From Fimicolochytrium jonesii (taxonomy: Eukaryota), in contig NW_026515673.1 of the NCBI RefSeq assembly GCF_025526975.1, positions 248,001 to 312,000 on the forward strand: a stretch of 64,000 nt of DNA. Reading direction: 5' to 3'. Of this stretch, positions 49,481 to 62,226 are shown piece after piece. The notes beneath the pieces were generated by a model. The model did no database searches. It saw only the letters and a program-made list of their open reading frames with translations, and was not told the origin of the DNA. Made by a program: the position numbers and the translations under genes. Numbering within the stretch: the stretch's first letter is position 1; every line of letters begins with the position of its first letter.

Positions 49481-51087
49481 ATGCCAACGAAAGAAGTCAT
49501 CGTTTGCGATAACGGAACTGGGGTGCGTAGGATGGCCGCTCCATCGTCGGGGATATCCCGAGTGTTCATGTGACATAGAAAAACTGACCGCCTCTAACTT
49601 TCCCCACCATCAGTTCGTCAAATGCGGCTACGCCGGCGAACACTTCCCCGAAGCGACGTTCCCCGCGGTCGTCGGGCGGCCCATCCTCCGTTCTGAAGAA
49701 CGCATCGGCGATGTCGTACTCAAAGACATCATGGTCGGCGACGAAGCGGCTGCGCTCCGCAGCATGCTGCAGATGACGTACCCGATGGAGAACGGGATCG
49801 TGCGCAACTGGGACGACATGCACCACCTGTGGGACTACACGTTTCGCGAGAAGCTGAAGATTGAGAACTTTGCGGATCACAAGATCTTGTTGACCGAGCC
49901 GGCCATGAACCCGAAAAGGAATAGGGAGCTGATGTGTGAGGCTATGTTTGAGCAGTATGGGTTCAATGGGGTGTACGTCGCGATTCAGGCGGTTTTGACG
50001 CTATATGCTCAAGGTTTGTGGTTTGCCGTACGAAAAAGGGCAGTGACGATACACTGCTAATCGTTCGTGCTTCCTGAACAGGACTGCAAACCGGTGCCGT
50101 CGTCGACTCTGGGGATGGTGTCACGCACATCGTTCCCGTATATGACGGTTACGCGCTTCCTCACCTCACTCGCCGTCTCGACGTCGCGGGACGGGATATC
50201 ACCCGGTACCTCATCAAACTGTTACTCCTGCGCGGTTACGCCTTCAACAGGACAGCAGATTTCGAGACGGTGCGCGAGCTGAAGGAGAAAGTGTGCTACA
50301 TTGGGTGAGTCCGTGATTTGAGGATGAGATATCCATGCTTTGCGGTGATTAATGGGAATATCGGGCTATGTAGATACGACCTGGATCTGGAGCAAAAGCT
50401 AGCCAACGAGACGACGGTGCTCATGGAGGAGTACACCGTAAGTGGGAATCTTGAATATGAAATACGTGTATTGGACTGCATTCTGACCCATGTTTCTCGA
50501 AGCTGCCTGACGGACGCGTAATCAAGGTCGGATCTGAAAGGTTCCAGGCACCCGAGGCACTCTTCTCCCCACATCTCGTCGATGTCGAATCGCCCGGTGT
50601 AGCTGGTGAGTTACATCATTTCCCATCGCCTCTCTACAAAATACCGCTTTAACTTGTTTTCTGCAGAATTACTCTTCAACACCATCAACGCAGCGGATAT
50701 GGACGTCCGCCCCGAACTCTACAAACACATCGTCCTATCCGGCGGAACCTCCATGTACCCTGGCCTGCCAAGTCGTCTCGAGAAGGAGATGAAGCAGCTT
50801 TACCTCGAACGCGTATTGAAGGGTGACACCTCCCGGTTGAGCGTAAGTACTTATTCCCGCTTTCCCGTTCGTTGTGGGACCTGCCTAACTTTCACATATC
50901 CCCACCACAACAGAAATTCAAAATCCAAGTCGAAGACCCCCCAAGACGTAAACACGCCGTCTTCTTGGGAGGTTCCGTCTTGGGAGACATCATGAAGAAC
51001 AGGGAATCCTTCTGGGTGACAAAGGCGGAATGGGACGAGCAGGGTGTCCGGTCGTTGGCCAAACTGGGACCTCGAGGATCCGCTTGA
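49481..51087 (+). CDS. ARP2: Actin-related protein 2
   Basis: [79 protein letters not shown] and [14 protein letters not shown]. Multi-exon. Confidence 0.96.
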
Positions 51088-51370
51088 TGATTCTCGCAAA
51101 AACACGTGTGTATATAGAGACTAGCAATTTGAAGAGATTTGGCATCTGAAGCGACCTAGTCTGTGGTTGCTACATGTACAGCTGCCGTTCGGGAGCAATG
51201 AGAGAAGCGGTCGCGAACTATGACGTTTGCGGCAGCCCTTCCCGGTTGCTGACTCGACGCCCACGATCCTTCTGAAGTGTTCATCACATTCTATTGGCGG
51301 CGGATTGGAGAGATTTCGTTTCGGCCCATGTCCACTGAGTTTCTAAATCTACTCGCACTAAATCTCGATC

Positions 51371-51987
51371 CTATCGCCGTGGTATACGCAGGTTCCGCCC
51401 AAGCAACTGAGAAAAGTTCAATATCCGGAACTTCCACGCCGCGGCGGCACCCATGCAAGCCAACACGTTTCCTGCCACGCACATCTATCGTGATAGTAAG
51501 ATAAATGGTCAGCCCTAACCCTCTCTGCCAACCGCTATTTCCAAAACATTCTACTAACCATGTAGGGCTCCTTAAACGACTGCTTAACAGTCTTATGCCG
51601 AAACGTCTTCATCGCCCACATCCCACCGACCCACCCTCCCAGAAGCGCACTGAACTGCAACTGCTTCTCCGGCACCCGCCACCCTCTCCGTTGCGCCTGC
51701 TGCTTGTCGTACCAGAAGAGACCCACGGAGCCGGCGTTGACGACGGCAAAGTAGCCGCCAAGGATGTAGAGGAGGGTTTTTGGGGGGAGATCGTTTTGGG
51801 GTTGGGGATGGGGGTGGGACTGATTTGGGGGTGGTTGGTAGGCTTGTTGCTGGCTTGTTTGAGGTGGTTGTTGTTGGCGGGGTGGACGGCGGGGTTTGTT
51901 GTAGGAACGGTGTGGAATGCGGCAATAGTTAGGCCGCGGAGGGAGAGCCGCTGCCCGTATGGCCTTCAACGCTCGCAGGGATAACAT
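51371..51987 (-). CDS. DUF1294 family small membrane protein
   Basis: LFWYDKQQA...WRVPEKQL...LLGGWVG...FRHKTVK; Arg-rich presequence-like N-terminus; one intron before the last TM exon. Confidence 0.85.
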
Positions 51988-52270
51988 ACTGGAAGGTGGA
52001 GGCGGCGATTCCTGTGGAAATGCAGCGAAATGCCAATCAGAGGCTGGCAAACTGTGCTTGGGCGGAGAAGCGGTGGGAAAAAACGCGTCGGCATCAAAAG
52101 GAGCAAAAGGTGTTCCCAAGGCGGACATTAGGGCCAGCGCTTTCCATTTCCTCGCTAGATCTACACCATCCTCGCAATCACCTTTCGAAGTCACCATAGG
52201 TACAGTAGATCGCAGTCCTTCTGTAGTCAGTACCCAACCTGTTCAACGAGGTCCGTTCATTACCGGCAAA

Positions 52271-53737
52271 ATGCTTCAGCGTGTTCCGAAGGTTTGGCCA
52301 AGAATCTTCCCCAGATGGAAGGTGGAAGCTCGCTGCGTACGTTGCAGGAATATCACACCTGGAAGGACTCTTTGGACAACCGCCACGTCGAGCTCTTCCT
52401 CCCTGGAAGATGCCGTCAGGAGTTGCATAACAGCTCTCGAAAACCGCCACACCGCCAAACCCGCAAGTTTATCCACCAACATTTCGGAAACAGGACCGCC
52501 CGCCCAAACGAAGCCGCCGGCACTATGCATCGTGCTCGCCACAACTCACTATCCAAAGCACCACCTTGAAAGTCTCGGCGAGGTGGTTTCTCGAGTCCTC
52601 GGGCCTCGTGCCCTGATCGGTGCAGTTGTCGACCTCGTCGGGCGAAAAGGCGAATTAAACGGCCCAGGACTGAATATAACCGTGATGGAAGACGACGAAG
52701 CAGCTCAAGTAGTCACGTACCGAACAGACGAGGATTCCGTTCGGCACGTCAAGCAGAAATCGGTCGGACGGTGGCCGGATCTCATGCGCAGCCGCGGGTC
52801 CGCTGTGGATGACGGGGAGAACGGCGCGGAAGGGTTCGACTGGAAGCGGTTTACCACCGTTTCGATGGGGGGTGGGAACGTGCCATTGCCAGATGAGCTG
52901 GAGGCCGTGCGGCACTCTGAACCGCCAGTCTTCTTGACGTTTTCCGATCGGGAACCGCACCAGTTCCTGCAGACTTTGGACAGGACCTTCCCCAAGGCTG
53001 TTAAAGTGGGTCTCATTGGCGCAATGACCCCTTTCGCTACCGGCCGACCTCACACGCTGTATTATAATGACAAAGTGTACTCGGGAGGGGTCATTGGCGC
53101 CGCGTTGCTTTCGAAATCGCTGCAACCCATAGCAAGCACAGGGTACACTGATTTGGAGGATATCGGCGAGCCTACTGTGATAACCAACGCACGCGGAAAC
53201 ATCATTCTGGCTCTTGATGGGACAAACGCCGCAAAGGAGCTGCTCGGGTTCATGAAGGATCGCGAGATGAACAAGCATGTTTCCGCTGAGAAGCAGCTGT
53301 ATGTACGAGTGGAGGATGGGAAGGGGTCGACGGTGTGCCGGGTGACTGGTGGAGACCCTACGAAGGGGACGTTGGCGTTGGATACGGTCAAGGACTTGGA
53401 ATCTGGGATGGTTGTTCGGTTTCTACATTACGTGGGTGGGAAGGTAAAACCCTTCACTGCCGGGACGGGCGTGCAGGATACGGACCTCCAGTTTCGGTGC
53501 ACGAATGCGGACAGAGCGGAGTCGACGGCTGTCACCTCACCTGCCGCAATTCCAAATGCTGCGGCTACTCTGGGTACAAGTATATATGCCGGGACCGATG
53601 GTGGGTTTGTGCTGGGCAGACCAGCTTCGGCGGGACGCGCCGCGGATGCCGGACCTTTGAATGCGGTTCAAGGCTCTTTGGTATGCGATGTACCTGGCTC
53701 AGAACTCCACTTATGCATAGATCAACGTACAACATAG
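52271..53737 (+). CDS. FIST-domain protein, probably mitochondrial
   Basis: ALIGAVVD, TFPKAVKVGLIG...TPFATGRPHTL, ITNARGNIILALDGTNAAKELL and VTGGDPTKGTLALD; presequence-like start MLQRVPKVWPR. Confidence 0.72.
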   Translation: MLQRVPKVWPRIFPRWKVEARCVRCRNITPGRTLWTTATSSSSSLEDAVRSCITALENRHTAKPASLSTNISETGPPAQTKPPALCIVLATTHYPKHHLESLGEVVSRVLGPRALIGAVVDLVGRKGELNGPGLNITVMEDDEAAQVVTYRTDEDSVRHVKQKSVGRWPDLMRSRGSAVDDGENGAEGFDWKRFTTVSMGGGNVPLPDELEAVRHSEPPVFLTFSDREPHQFLQTLDRTFPKAVKVGLIGAMTPFATGRPHTLYYNDKVYSGGVIGAALLSKSLQPIASTGYTDLEDIGEPTVITNARGNIILALDGTNAAKELLGFMKDREMNKHVSAEKQLYVRVEDGKGSTVCRVTGGDPTKGTLALDTVKDLESGMVVRFLHYVGGKVKPFTAGTGVQDTDLQFRCTNADRAESTAVTSPAAIPNAAATLGTSIYAGTDGGFVLGRPASAGRAADAGPLNAVQGSLVCDVPGSELHLCIDQRTT

Positions 53738-53928
53738 ATACACATTTGATCAACTTGGCGTATTCGCGAACGGACGCATGCATATATTCGGCAGATCCTT
53801 TTGGTTTCAATTCTATTAAAAGATAATTTGTGCCATTTGCCATCTCAGTTAGGAGAAAGGAGCCACTGGTTTACGTTTGCGCTATGATTTGTCTGTGTTG
53901 CATATGCTTGTGGGACGGGTTCTTCTTT

Positions 53929-55467
53929 CTAACCACCTCCCCGTTGAAGTGGCGCTCGTGTCGCCATCTCCACGGCAGACTTCACACCTTTCGACCAAGC
54001 TGACCGCGACGTAGACGACGGGAAGGAGAGGACAATATATCTCCCACTCACGAGTCGTATGCACAAAATGTCCGGTCTGCTCGAGCCGTACCCGGTCCGA
54101 GGCGGCGTAACGCTGGAATACCGTAGACTCAGGACCTGTACTGGAGGTGTATTGCTCTTCCGCTGCAAAGATGTTCATACATAAGTGAGAAATTGAGAAA
54201 TGGAAGCATGTTCTGGATGTGCGCTAAGAGAACTCACCTGGTACGCAGTCTCCCCATTCGCCGCACGAACCTTCACGACATCATACAGCACAAGTTTCCA
54301 CCCATCCTCCGGTACCAATTCTATCCACACCTTCTTCCACGGCGTCTCCTTCCACCCCTTTCCCGTGAACAAACTCGAAATCTTTGCACGCGAGCCAAAG
54401 GAGGGGTCCATGCCGGGTTCCCATTCTTCGCGGAGTTCCACCCAGGTCGGTTCGGGGTGGAGTGGGTTGCGGGCGGGTGCGTGGCTGAGGGTGGGATACT
54501 CGATGGGTGCGGTGGAGAGATTGGTGCTTGATCGGGGGAAGTAGGGAGATCCATTGCCGCTTGGGCCAGGGCCAGGACCGGGACCTGGACTTGGTGGCCC
54601 ATTGTTATTACCATTGCCGCTGCTTTCTGCTACTTTCGTTCCCACCTCCGGCTCAAGCGGAACAATCGCTTCGAGCTTTTCTGCCTGTTCATCTTCCGCG
54701 TCTGGATACGAACGGACCTCCACATCCGAAGCGTGCCCCCGCGTTTCCGCAAATCTCAGCCGCCAGTCTGGACTGTTGAGATGTGTATGCCGAGGTGGTT
54801 TTGCTGGGCCTTTCACTGCACCTTCTGGCGGCGCGGACGGCTCACTCTCGCGCGATCCAGTGGAAATGTCGGAATAGCATCGGCGGTGTAATGCAGGTTG
54901 CGGCGATTCTGTAGGAGCGTCGGTATCGGCACCTTCGATGGGTGTGACCTGTATCGCGGGAGCCTGCGGTTCTCCAGCTGTGACATTTGGCAGACTTGGC
55001 GTCTCGCTAACGGTTCGCCGTTTCTCACTAGCTGCAACGCCAGAATGCGCAACTTTTGGCGTGAATTCCGCATTATACGGCGGCGGGGGCTGGTCGATGG
55101 GTACGGTATCACCAAACGCCTCGCGATACTTATCGTTCCTAGGCGGCAGCTGAGGCGCATCGTCCACACCCACAGCCGCGAGTCTCAGCGCTATCCCGTC
55201 GACTTCCTCCTGGCCCCCATCATGACTGGTATGTGTCTCCATCTCTTCCTCCGGCGGCCAAGTCGACGGTACGCTTGGGGCACGAGAGAGTATCTCTTCC
55301 ACCTCTTTTGGCCGGCGTCGTACTGGCGGTCCCTGTTCGTGCTGCTGGGATGGCTGAAGGTCGGTCGCTGATGTTGCAACGAGGCTTCTGGTTGAACCTG
55401 CGTTCGAGGCTTCCCCTCGTTTTCCGTTATTCTGCGTTCGGCGGGGAGGCAACCTTGGCGCTTCCAT
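53929..55467 (-). CDS. Disordered protein with C-terminal PH-like domain
   Basis: WKKVWIEL...KLVLYD in exon 1, then PVQVLSLRYSSV...ILCIRLVSGRYIVLSFPSSTSRSAWSKGV after an intron at ~54163-54237. PPPPY motif in the N-terminal part. Confidence 0.65.
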
Positions 55468-55829
55468 CTTTCCCTTCTTTTCACGGTTTTACAGACAGAA
55501 TGCGGGAGTAGTAATTTGATATACTCAGAATTCTCTCAGTTATCCCCTATAGAATTCTGGGCTGCACTCATATGGGACGTCGCATTCCGTCACCATCTTC
55601 AGACCTGTTGGCCACGCTCGGCGCCAAGCTTGCCATCTGTAAACACAACCTTAACTGAAATTGGGATGAGGTCTGGGTCCAGGGGACCTGCTACCCGATT
55701 CTGCAGACAGCACAGTTTGCGAGTTCCTGTTGAGAAGCGGGAGCAGATGCCTCCCTTGGAGACTACAGTACGTAGCCTAACTAATGTATGTATGTAGCTC
55801 TACAGAACGTGTCCGTCTTCGATTGCGGC

Positions 55830-55864
55830 GGCCGTCGTGGAAAGAAGAGGCCGTCGTGGAAAGA
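55830..55864. repeat. 16-bp direct repeat (19-bp period) in a divergent promoter region
   Basis: ggccgtcgtggaaaga at 55830 and again at 55849. Confidence 0.8.
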
Positions 55865-56044
55865 GGTGTCGACTTTGTTTCCGTGGACCCATCTGGCCTC
55901 TTGGCCTTCTTGGCGGACGCGCAATGGAGCACCTCCTTGTGGACAAGCACCAACGGCCGGGCTATAAGAAGAGGCGCTGGCCCCCGCTCGCCCTTCAATG
56001 GCATCTCGTCGTGGGTAATATACAGTAAGTATCAGCCTCAAGCC

Positions 56045-57287
56045 ATGACCGTCTCAGAGACCGCCGTCCCGGCCACCGCCGAGAAGCCAGCCTTCGTTGG
56101 CTCCCCGGCCGCCGTGCAGTCGATCATCCAAAACATCATCACGCACCTCGAAACCAAATACTGCGTCCCTTCGGAAGGCAACGCCATCGCCGCCGGCCTC
56201 CGTGCCAAAGATAACGGCGAATTCCCCTACTCTCACAACCAATCCCTTCCACTCCTTGCCGATCTACTCAACGAGGAGCTCGCAAGGCTGTCAAATGATA
56301 AGCACCTGCAGGTCGTTGTACGCGATGAGGAGATACTGAACCCGAAGCCGGAGCCTACTGAGGAGAAGAGGGAACAGATCACGCATGCCGTGGTGAATGA
56401 GGGAAGTGGGGAAGATTGGGCGGAGGATTATCTCAATTTCAATAACGGAGTGACGGAGGTGCGGGTGTTGGATGGGAACATTGGTATGTTCAATTGCACG
56501 AGTAATATTTGCTCTAGACGCATTTTGGGCTCGATCTTACGCATTTTGGTTTCCGGCCCCCTTCTCCTCTCAAGGGTATCTGCGCATAGACCTCTTCCCC
56601 GGCAGCCATCTGCTCGGCGATACCTACGCTGCAGCCTTCCAACTCCTCAGCAACACCCTCGGCCTCATCATCGACATGCGTTTCAACGGCGGCGGCGACG
56701 AAAACTCCCCCGACCTCCTCCTCTCCTACCTGATGCCACCCTCCCGGCTCCCCACCGTCTCCATGCGCGATCGCACCACCAACACTACCACCACAGGCCA
56801 TCTTTACTCCGTCGTCCCCGGCAAACGCTACGGTGCTGACAGGCCTGTGTGGGTCCTCACTAGCGCGCGCACCTTCAGCGCCGCCGAGCATTTCACCTTC
56901 TGTGCCAAAGCATCCGGCCGCGCGACAATCGTCGGCGAGAACACCGCAGGCGGGGGGCGGTCGGGTAATTATGAGTGGATCCACCCGCGCATGGATATCT
57001 TCATCCCGAGCTCTGTCACGTGGGGAGAGTTGCGGGGTCCGTTGAAGGGGAAGGATTGGGAGGGTGTTGGGGTTGCGCCGGATGTGGCGTGTACGGCGGC
57101 TGAGGCGATGGATGTGGCGTGGAAGGCGGGGTTGGAGGTTAGCATCCCGGCGTTGGAGAGCGGTGGTGGGAAGAGTTGGTTGAAGGGGAGGAATGTGAAT
57201 AAGGCAAAGGCGGCTTTGAAGAAGATCGAGGAGGCTGCTGCTGCCGCTGCCGCTGGTCGAGTTGACCTCCCGGTGGAAGCTCAATGA
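56045..57287 (+). CDS. Peptidase family S41 (bacterial IRBP-like subtype)
   Basis: SNDKHLQV, VRVLDGNI|GYLRIDLF, LIIDMRFNGGG, VWVLTSARTFSAAEHF, TIVGENTAGG and WEGVGVAPDV; one intron at 56484-56574. Confidence 0.9.
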
Positions 57288-57887
57288 AGCGTAGTTGAAA
57301 CATACAGTAGACCCTAGATCTAGAATAAAAGAGGGACGGCGTAGTTTGTATACTTCTGACCCAAGATACGGCGAGGTGAATAAGGGTCCGAAGTACGGAG
57401 GGGAAAATGGAGAGGTACCCAAGCAGTATATAGATTTGAGATGTCTCAGTCCGAAACAGCGGCTTCAAGTGTCGAACCAGGCGTACATTCACCACCGCAT
57501 GTCATTGGACGTGCTGTTCACACATTATTGGGAATCCAAGAGTGTTTACTGCATATGCTAGAATGACCAGGGCTTCACGGGTCTTCGGTACAGTAAGAGC
57601 CAGCGAGAACGGCAAATTGTGTTTACACATGACGCACCTCCAAGTTTAAGCTTATTTGCGGTGGGGCAGGCGAATACGAGCCATATAAAAGGCCCGCCGA
57701 GCAGCGGAAAGCGTCAGCTTCAACGTTTTCTGCGTCAGTCTCTTCTCGACATATCGTCCCTCTGTCGCAATACCAACACAGCAAGTCAATCGCTACCACA
57801 TTTTCACTCCACTGTCCTGTACGAAACAAGTTAGCCGAAAAGCTCACCGAGACACTGCCCCATAGCCTGCAAAGCTCATATCCAAAT

Positions 57888-58529
57888 ATGCTACCGTCAC
57901 ACCACGACCGGCCAAAGGACCAACGCGGCTCGTTAAGCAACCTCGCGACTGGCGGTCCCCAGTTCTCGCGATACGGGTCCTTCAGCGGCCCCACTAGCCC
58001 GTTCGGCCGCAGCTCGGCCCATATTGGCGATCCAGAGGCTGGTGTCGAGGGGGGTCCCGGAGACCATTTGCGCCGTCGAGGGTCTATGTTTCAGACGTTT
58101 AGTGAGGAGTTGAAGAAGAGCTGGACTAGTTTGGGGAATCTTACGGTTTGTTTTGGTGGAGATTGTTTGATGAAGCGGAAACATGTCTTTGAACTTCTTT
58201 TCTTCTCATGAATCCAGGTCCAAGCGGCAAGTGCGTTCCTAAACGCACATCCAGCCCAACCCAAAAGCGAAACAGAGGAGGCATCAGGATCAACATACGC
58301 CGCGTACGACGAGGAGTCTGGAGCAGGCGAGCCATCCGACAGCCGCGGCGGACTTTCGCAGCAACCAGACCAGGTCCATTTCCCCGGCGGACTCCGTGCA
58401 TATCGCACGACCTCACAGGAGGCGGTCGGCGTGGATAAGAGGTTTATTCCGCGAAATGCGGGCTGGAATGCGGGACCGAAGAACATTGATAGGACGCAGA
58501 GTGGGATTCTACCTTCGTACGGTCCATAG
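57888..58529 (+). CDS. Small hypothetical disordered protein
   Basis: TATA-like element upstream (~57684). ORF 57888 is spliced via an intron at ~58146-58217 to VQAASAFL...GILPSYGP*. Contains an RRRGS motif. Confidence 0.5.
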
Positions 58530-59063
58530 AGACTGAGAGAAACTAACGACTGGCTTTGAGCTCTAGATCAGTTCAGGTTGCTGTAGCTTTTCCTAGTCGT
58601 TTCTGTTGTAGCAAGTGGAGAAGTCGTTTAAACAAACCTTTTTAGTTTTTGCATGTGCGTTGGGGCATATTTCCGGTTCATCACGTATCAAAATTCACAG
58701 ACATTGCTTCACGCCTTTCAATCGTAGCGCACTCCTGCCAGCTAGTCCCTATTCCCTCTTCCTCTTCGAATGCAAGCCCCTTACATCGACGTCCTCCAGT
58801 CCCACATGTCGTTCGTGCAGATAGCACAGTAAATAGGCGGGGTTTCGCGGTGTCGATTTCTGCAGAAGTGGCGCAGGGTCGCGTGTTCTCCAGTTGCTGT
58901 GAATCGTGATCTGCAAAAGCCCGTCGATCCCAAAGACCTCCAACGGATTTCTCGGTTTTCTTCCTTTCGTTCAATCCGCTCCCAGGCTTGCAATTGCTGA
59001 ACGCCCTGTTTGCAACAACCAACACAACCGCCCCACCCGCTTAGAACGCTCCAGACCGCCCCC

Positions 59064-61504
59064 ATGGTCAAGCGAAGCAGGGCCGAGTTCCTGGCCTCAA
59101 ACCTGCCGCAGCTGCAGAACCTCATGAAGAGGGACCCTCGCTCCTACGAAGAAGAATTCTCCCAGCAATGGAGGCACTACGAGAGCGAGCTCGCCATCTT
59201 CCGTCTCAAACCCGACTCGGAGGCCAAGGAGTTCGCCGACCTCATCACCTTCATATCTCACGTCTCGCAGTGTTATACCCAGCAATGTGCAGAGTTTCCC
59301 CAACAAATAATGGACCTGCTGTCCACCCACTACCAAATTCTCGAGCCGGACTTGAGGAAGACTATGGTGCAAGCCTTAGTTCTGTTAAGGAACAAGGATT
59401 TGATCTCCGCCACAAGCTTACTGTCGCTCTTCTTTACGCTGTTCCGCGCGAAGGATAAGCAGCTTCGTGCGCTGCTGCACAACCATATCGTAAACGACAT
59501 TAAGAACGCTAATGCAAAGTCGAAGAACAATAAGCTCAACAAAACGCTCCAAAACTTCATGTACAACATGTTGAAGGACTCAAACGAAGTTGCTGCGAAA
59601 AAGTCTCTGGAGGTCATGATCGATTTGTATGGAAAGAACGTGTGGAACGATGCCAAGACCGTCAACGTCATCGTTGAAGCCTGTTTCTCACCGTCGCCCA
59701 AACTCTGTGCACCGGCCCTGCACTTTTTCTTGGGAACGAACGAAAAGAAGGATGAGGATGAGGATTCGGACACGGAAGCCCCGAACATCGAGTCGATTAA
59801 GCACATGATGCACGTCAATAAAAAGAAAAAGTCGAAAAAGACCGCGCTCGACAAGGCCATGGCGACCGTCAAGCGGAAAGATCGTGCCAGGGCGAGAGCG
59901 GAGATCTTCAACTTCTCCGCTCTGCATCTGGTGAACGATCCTCAGGGATTTGCCGAAAAGCTCTTCTCTCGCTTGAAGCACACGACATCAACCAATGCGT
60001 TCCGCTTCGAGCTTCGGTTGCAGATGATGAACTTGGTGTCCCGGCTGATTGGTGTGCACAAGTTGATATTGTTCGGATTCTACGAGTACGTAGTCTCGTT
60101 CCTGAAGCCACACCAGCGCGAGGTGACCGCCATATTGGCGTACGTAGCGCAAAGTTCGCACGATCTCGTGCCTCCAGACGCGCTCGCGCCTGTGGTCCAA
60201 GCGATCGCCGACAACTTTGTATGGAACAACGTCTCTTCTGAAGTCGTTACGGCTGGTCTGAACGGCTTACGTGAGATCTGCGCACGTTGTCCTCTCGCCA
60301 TGTCGGAGAGTCTCCTGCAAAGCTTGATCGAGGACTACAAGAACACCAGGGAGAAAGGCCCCATGAACGCGGCCCGATCTCTCCTCGGACTCTACCGGGA
60401 AGTGAACCCGGAGATGCTGAAGAAGAAGGACCGTGGAAGGTCCGCCGCCGTTAACCTGAAGGACTTCAAGCCCGCACGATACGGAGAAGTCCTGAACGAC
60501 GACGTTCTGGAGGTCGCTGATATGCTGGATCCTCGGAGAGCGAAGGCTGCGGCTAAGGAGGCCACCGCTGACAAGCAGGAGGACGGATGGGAAGGCTGGG
60601 AAGAGGCTAGTGACGAGGAAGTTGTTGACGGCGAAGACGATGAGGACAAGGAAGGCTGGGAGGACGTCTCGAGCGAAGGCGAAAAGCCTACGGGAGAAGA
60701 TGGTTGGGAAGGTTGGGAAGAAGCCAGTCTGGATGGTGGGGACGAAAAGGACTCTGATGCCGAGGCTGACTCCGATGCGGAGGAAGAGGAAGAGGAGGCG
60801 GAAGAGGTTGTAGTTGAAGAGACAGAAGAGATCACAGTTGTAGAAACCACGGAGGGGGCTGCTAAGGATGCGGAACCCTCCCCACCCAAGAAGCAAAAGC
60901 TCGGCTTGGCAGCTGAAAAGGTATTTTTTTTTCTGCATTCCACGTCTGCGATTGGCAGCAACTGGGGGCAATGAGATGCTAACGTCCTAACGCTTTGCCA
61001 GATTCTCACCGACGCGGACCACCGAAAACTCCGCAAGATTCAGCAACTCAAGGCTGCCAACAAGATGGCCGGTCTGAGCTTCACCCCCGAAGACATCGAT
61101 GTGAGCTCGGATGATGAGGAAGGCGACGAGGACTCGGACACCAATGGGTAAGCTTGACATATTAGTGCTTTTGATAACTGCATATCTCTACATGACAGCT
61201 AACCCCAATCCCTCCCCTCAGTGACGTGGTCGACGTCTCCCGCATCATGCGCGGCATCCGCCGGAAAGACGACTACGAAGCGCGTCTCGCGTCCATCAAG
61301 TCCGGGCGCGAAGACAAAACCTACGGTTCTCGTAAAGGCAAAGAAGAGCGGAGCAGCAAGACCAACCGCGAAAAGGCCAAGACCACCAAAGCGTTCATGA
61401 TGGTGGTGCATAAGCGGAGTGTAGTGGGGAAGGCGAAGCGGTCGCTGAGGGAGAAGCAGAAGGTGCTGAGGCAGCATATCACGAAGCAGAAGAAGCAGCA
61501 TTAA
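59064..61504 (+). CDS. SDA1: SDA1 60S ribosome biogenesis factor
   Basis: NLPQLQNLMKRDPRSYEEEF, VWNDAKTVN, FSALHLVNDPQGFAEKLF, GLNGLREICARCP, KKKDRG, ILTDAD and TNREKAKTTKAFMM; two introns. Confidence 0.96.
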
Positions 61505-62226
61505 GGCGCATGCGGGGTCTGTTTTGAGAGTAGGGTTTAGAGCACATTTGTAAATTATGAGAATGGTTTTTTTTTATCAATCACAAGCATTACGACATTG
61601 AGCATCACCGCGACGTCATTAGTGGGAACTCCTTTGCCGACGTATGAAGTTACTGAGCAGGGTTTCCCCTATTTTAGATTCCGGAGGGGAGCTCCTTGGC
61701 GGACTTGATTGATCCTGCCAAAGCCGGCTAAAGGACGGAGTTACAGGGATGAAGGACTTTCTCTATTGCAAAGCGTTTGGGAAAGAGGGGAGAGCATACC
61801 ACCGCCGGCGAGTGTCCTTCCACCAGCATATACTGTGGACATATTAGCTCCCCACCTGTACCTAGCATTCGAATCACACCGTACATAGTGTAAGTAGGTT
61901 TACGCTCCGGTTTTGATATGGGGAGATTGATAGAGATTTTGCGTTTTGGGAGTTGTGACTTGTGTCGTCGACCGGAGCCCCCCTCCCCCCGCCCTGATGG
62001 CACCTGATGGCACCTGCTCAATCTGCTCTACGAGGACTCAACAGCCGTAGATATCCAAGCGGAAGACTGGACGCATGAGACAGACTAGAGGAGGTTCCTG
62101 CATCTCCACGTATAGTTTCCCCTGATGATTGTCTGAGACATGTCGCCTTGCATTTTGCTTCTTACGCCGTTTGCCTCCCGGTTACTATGCTCCAATTGGC
62201 AACCCGTCAAGCGCCCATCCAAAGCC

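Noticed and set aside
51535..52270. Apparent overlap of the extended DUF1294 and FIST ORFs
   Set aside because: Both extensions begin at non-ATG codons; the first ATGs (51987, 52271) give non-overlapping divergent genes.
60267..61036. Two >200-aa minus-strand ORFs
   Set aside because: Antisense to the acidic low-complexity region of SDA1.
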